Of a stretch of DNA of 64,000 nucleotides, positions 59,335 to 64,000 are shown one piece after another. The notes beneath the pieces were generated by a model. That model did no database searches. It saw only the letters and a list, made by a program, of their open reading frames with translations, and had not been told where the DNA came from. The stretch is taken from assembly GCA_032718475.1 (NCBI GenBank), contig JAUCBJ010001257.1:1-64000 (forward strand), read 5' to 3'. Origin of the DNA: Nemertoderma westbladi (Eukaryota > Animalia > Xenacoelomorpha). Both the position numbers and the translations under genes were made by a program. Position 1 is the first letter of the stretch. Each line of letters starts with the position of its first letter.

Positions 59335-60167
59335 GGGTGTTTGAAAAGGGTGGACTGAACGGTAAAACGAACTTAGATCCTGCAAGGCTTGACGTTGATG
59401 AACTTAGATCTTTGCGAACTTATAGGTCCTACTGTATATATATGCGAACATAGATCCTAACTGGGTGAACTTAGATCCTAACTGGGTAAACTTAGATCCT
59501 AACTGGGTGAACTTAGATCCTAACTAGGTGAACTTTGATCCTAACTAGGTGAACTTAGATCCTAGCTACTGTAGGTGAACTTAGATCCTAACTAGGCGAA
59601 CTTAGATCCCTCTTTATGGTAGGCTATTAAAAGCCTTTGTTAATCATCATGCTAGTTGCAAAGCGAACTTAGATCCAACTTGAAAACAAAGCGAACTTAG
59701 AGAAGCGAACTTAGAGAAGCGAACTTAGATCCCACGTGTACTCTGCTTTGGCCGCGTTCTATCGATAATAATATTATAGTATATTGTGTACTGTGTTACA
59801 TTAAGCATATAGTACATACTTATAATGATCTAATGCAAATAAGTCATACATTCAAAGTAGTTGCGATCAGTGACTCACCAACAAACTATATTTTGCCAAT
59901 TAATAGCTAATTCGTTGCATCGTATTATGGTGGTAGGATCTAAGTTCGCTTCCCTGCAAGCGTCAGTAAGGTCCTGCGCTGGCCTATGGCTGTATGGGAA
60001 TGACATTTCACATTAACACAGCCACGGTACAGCAATATTATTTATGGTGGGATCTGAGTTCATATGGGAAGGATCTAAGTTCGTAAAGGAAGGATCTAAG
60101 TTTGTATGGTAAGGATCTATGTTCACCCAAGATCTAAGTTCGTTCAGTGTACGCGCTTTTGAAGACC
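59335..60167. mobile_element. Foldback-type element with tandemly repeated arms
   Basis: Left arm has many GAACTTAGATCC units (including a 21-bp tandem at ~59450-59610). Right arm has GGATCTAAGTTC units. Diverged termini GGGTGTTTGAAAAG..ACTGAACG / CGTTCAGTG..CTTTTGAAGACC. Confidence 0.7.
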
Positions 60168-61477
60168 TTTAGCAGTTTAACCTGCCAAAATTTATATGTC
60201 TTTTGGTTTATAAATAGACTTTAGAAAATGACAAGTATTTAATACCAATAAACACAACATTAGCCGAAGCCAGCCTAGTGCGCGTCCATTCACCCGCTGG
60301 ATATACCCGGGAGACTGGATTCGGAGGGCTTAGATTGTTATTGCAGTGTAAGCTTACTGTATTATTCGATTGATCGTTAATAAATAATTTCTGACTAATA
60401 TTATTCACTTTCGGGAAATATTAACAGTTCCTTTAGGACGTGGCGCTCTATCTAGGTAAACAGAGATATGACTTATACTAAACACAACGGTAAGTCGGGA
60501 AGGCTTATGATTCACGTATGAGGCGCATTCTTTAGGAAATGCTTAGTTATCAGTCACAATCATGCACACTACCGGTAACACACAATGCTGCACACTAATC
60601 TGCCGACCGTCAATGAATTTTATCATATATAAAGAGAACAGCAATTGACTCATGTAGTGCTTATCAAATAGCATTAAATTCACTACAAACCACAATAATA
60701 TAAGTCGCAATCGCTATATGTAACCTGTCTCTCTAACCTGTAGTGTATCAAGAAAATTGGGAAATTTGGGTTCTTTATAGATGTTCTCCAAATAATATTC
60801 AACCAACTGATACAAAATAATAACAACAGTAAAAAGCATTAAGACGGTAGGTTAAGATATGAAATGACAATGTATGTGCCGTATTGATCGGGTTGTTATG
60901 TTATGATTGATATGATAACAGTTATACGCTCTATAATCTAAGCCTACTAATGTTTCTTCTAAAGTCTGAAACGAATTGACTCTAGAGTCGGTGTTCCTGG
61001 CCTAGATAGAAACAACACAACAGTATCAAGAAAAAACAGCTACTGTCCCTAACACCGTTGCAGGTATCTTTTACACAGAGAGGAATAGCTCTCATTGGCA
61101 GAACACCAGATTCAACAAGTTCCACGAATATCTAAATGCCGAACTATCAGGAATTTTGCAACCCTTGGCCAACACACAAAATGAGTCACTCCGCTCGGTT
61201 GTCCTGGTTGCATACTCTGCTGCTATAGCTCTGGTTGGCCGATAGAACATAGTAAAGAACCCCTCGTATAACAAATCAGCCAATCAGCCGGTCGCTTTGC
61301 ATCATTCGAGTTAGAGAGCTTTTTAGAGTATTCCAGCGCCTGGGGGGAAACTGGATTGCAAAGCAAAAGGGCCAGTTATATCCCACAAAAGCTTTTACAC
61401 CGCTCCCAGAAAATGGGATTTGAGTCTATAAAATATACAAAATCACAGTTTCTAATATAGGTAAATACTCTAAACAG

Positions 61478-64000
61478 TTAGTCTTTCTTACGCGGACGGC
61501 GTTTACGCAGTTTTTTAAAGCTAGCCAGAGTCCTTTTCTCTTTGGGGCGAGCCACTTTACAAGGAGGGCTATAACTCCTGGGTGAAGGGTGCAATATAAT
61601 TGCATCAGAGGGTGTAGGATTATGGTCGGTGTATCCGCCAGTCGAAGTGCCGGGTTGATTGACATCAACGTCGGGGGAGAGGGGTCTAACGGCTTTAAGA
61701 GCTCGTTTTAAGACAGCCGCTCTTACGGGTCCTTTACGAGTGGTCTGAACGAGAGCCGTGGGTGGACCATAGGCAGTTAGAAACCTCCGGGGTTTAATGG
61801 TTCTTTCCAACTCGCGTTCGCGGGCTCGGTATTCGTAAGGCCGTCGATATACTTCCTGTAACTCGGGGTGTGAGTTAACAAATAAGTCTCCATAGTCCGG
61901 ATCCTGACGGATATAATTGATTAAGTTATAGGAATGAAGGTCACTAGGATTAACACTCCTGAGGAATTTGCGTACGAATTTGGTTGAAATACATTCTCCG
62001 ACGCGCTTCAGTAGTTCGTAACTCGATATGCGTGATTTCTGTTCGACAGAAGCGAATAGATAAGGATGGAACGCATAAACTCCTTCGTAAGCGCGTCCAG
62101 GATAATAGCGATGGCGCGAATCACAATGTAAATCAGCGTTCGCTTCCCAAGCTCTGATGTAACGTAGTGTGATCATTTCATCTACGCTTTCCAAATCGTG
62201 ATTAAAAGGGCAATCGAAACTGGCGTGTCCCTTTAGTTGACAATGGTGACATTGAGTCATAAATTGAGGGCAAACCGCAAAAATATGCAAGTTATTGAGT
62301 CTGCAATATGCGCAATAAATTTCCATCGTCGGTTGTTCTTGGAAATAGGAACAGCGGACGTTTGTGTCCATGGGCGTATCATGGTCTCTCGATGCGCATA
62401 ACCGACAACGTTGCCTAGAAACATAGTTGGCATGTCGATAATCGTACGCAGTGAGACACTGTGGACCTTGATACCATTCTATGATGTAATCGTTGTCGCT
62501 GTTCTGGGGCGCGATAGGCTGAATCTCCTCAGATTCTAGACATATTGGTTCGTCTTCCAAGTGCATAGCTGAGGTGGGCGTGTCTGTCTCTTCAAGTGGA
62601 CCTATTGTCTGAATTTCCACGACAGAATAACCTGTGGGGATTCGAGGTCTTTGTATAACAGAGGAGTGCAAGTTCGATATACAAATCTCTTTGAAAATGG
62701 CGAATCCAGCGCTATCCAACTTCTCTGCAGCTGAGTTTCTTAGGCTGAGCTTGGTCAAGGCGCGGTCTTTAAATTGGCTATCCACATTGCGGAACGGGGT
62801 TAAAAATCGCCGGAAACATTCGAAGCGGATGAATTTATTATGTTCATCTAGCTTAGCGAGTTTGGTCCCAAGTATTAATGGATGGGCGCGTATAGTACGA
62901 CTGCACACATCGGCTAGCCAACCGGCAAGTGTGGTGTTTTCAAAGATCGTGTAGATAGCTAAGGAGGGACGGAGTGGAACACTCATGAAGCTATACACGG
63001 CGCCAGGTGCGGTTAATGGTCCATCAAAGTATAATCGAGAATAATGATCTCCGTATACTTGTTGATAGTTAATGGGATTTCCGACTTTGAAATTCCATCC
63101 GTATTCCTGAAAGGCAAGATGTCCGATGGAAGTTCGTTGCACCTTTGTAATGTTGCTAGACGTATTAGCATACATGGTGCGGAAGAAACCTCGACCTTCT
63201 GCCCAGGGAGCAATCAGCTGAGTATCAACGAAAGGGTATGGAATGTTCTCCATATTCCGAAAGTCGTTTTGGAGATCTCCATAAACAGCTGAGCCGATTT
63301 GAAGGATTCTTTCGTTGAACAACATCTCGAGTACGGGCTGGGGTAACATCGATCCATCGATACCCATGGCCGGTTTGCGTTCGGTGTCAATGACGTAACG
63401 CTGCGCGAGTTCGAATTGTCCATGTCGGAGATTCTTTTGTGTTTCGGTGAGAGTTTCAAAGGAATAATCAATCACGTCGGAACACGCTCGAGTAAACACG
63501 TGGGTAGAACCAGCTAATCCGCGTATGTGGATCATGCGCGTAGTTCCTAGTTCTCCGACCGGAACGCTACCTTCATTATCGTAGGTGACAACTCCATACA
63601 TCTCAATAACATTAAGAGTTTCATTCCACTCCTTGGTGGCGTTCTCTAGGGTCATCCCTACTGGATGCCACAAGGTGGCGCATTGGTTAGCGTCAGGGAG
63701 ATCACTATACTTCATGTGCCGAGTGGTATACGTCTCCACATTTCCATATCTTTGTATTTTCTCTTCTTCAAATAATACATCTAGATTCCAATGGACTAAT
63801 CGAGTTTTAATAAATCCATCGAGATTATAAGGAGGTTCTATATCCTTCTCGATTCAAGAAATGTTATATGGTTTTCTAAATGAGTTTACCTTTACTAACT
63901 GATCCAGATGTTTCTGCAATTGTTCGAGTTCGACAATGTCTAGAGGATTTATTAGTGGTAGAAACTTTAAATTATGCGTCGAGTCTTCTGGTTTTACCAT
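61478..64000 (-). CDS. DEDDy 3'-5' exonuclease plus 3 CCHC-type zinc knuckles plus basic tail, intronless; frame runs to the window edge through one TGA
   Basis: In the 753-aa ORF: ExoI VVTYDNEG (D54/E56), LPQPVLEMLFNERILQIG..YGD (D155), FVDTQLIA, SIGHLA..YG..FK, PL....IYTIFE (Y263/E267). Then CRLC.4.H.9.C, CAYC.5.H.4.C, CHHCQLKGHASFDC and C-terminal KKLRKRRPRKKD. The upstream frame to 64000 is open except for TGA at 63854-63856. Confidence 0.75.

Overview
Repeat-rich eukaryotic (invertebrate metazoan-like) genomic DNA. Six recognisable housekeeping genes lie on the minus strand: RBM28, TRUB2, TIMM9, an MGAT4-family GlcNAc-transferase, FAM20C, and XPO7/RanBP16-17 (first exon(s) not found in the window). 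All are unusually intron-poor. Two orphans are also on the minus strand: a small secreted Cys-rich prepropeptide, and a long DEDDy 3'-5' exonuclease plus triple CCHC zinc-knuckle ORF, apparently inside an XPO7 intron. About 20 kb (roughly 30%) is tandem repeat from five unrelated families (33, 52, 21, 45 and 38 bp units). Much of the rest is transposon debris: a BEL/Pao gag remnant, LINE fragments, a tRNA-derived SINE, a Helentron-type element with its empty site preserved alongside, hAT elements with perfect TSDs, foldback MITEs, and a satellite+spacer+LINE module present twice in inverted orientation. Best leads: (1) the DEDDy-CCHC ORF, (2) operon-like co-orientation with AG acceptors just 5' of start codons, suggesting trans-splicing, (3) the toxin-like peptide, (4) TE-linked birth and transport of satellites. 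All homology calls come from motif recognition by eye, not database searches.
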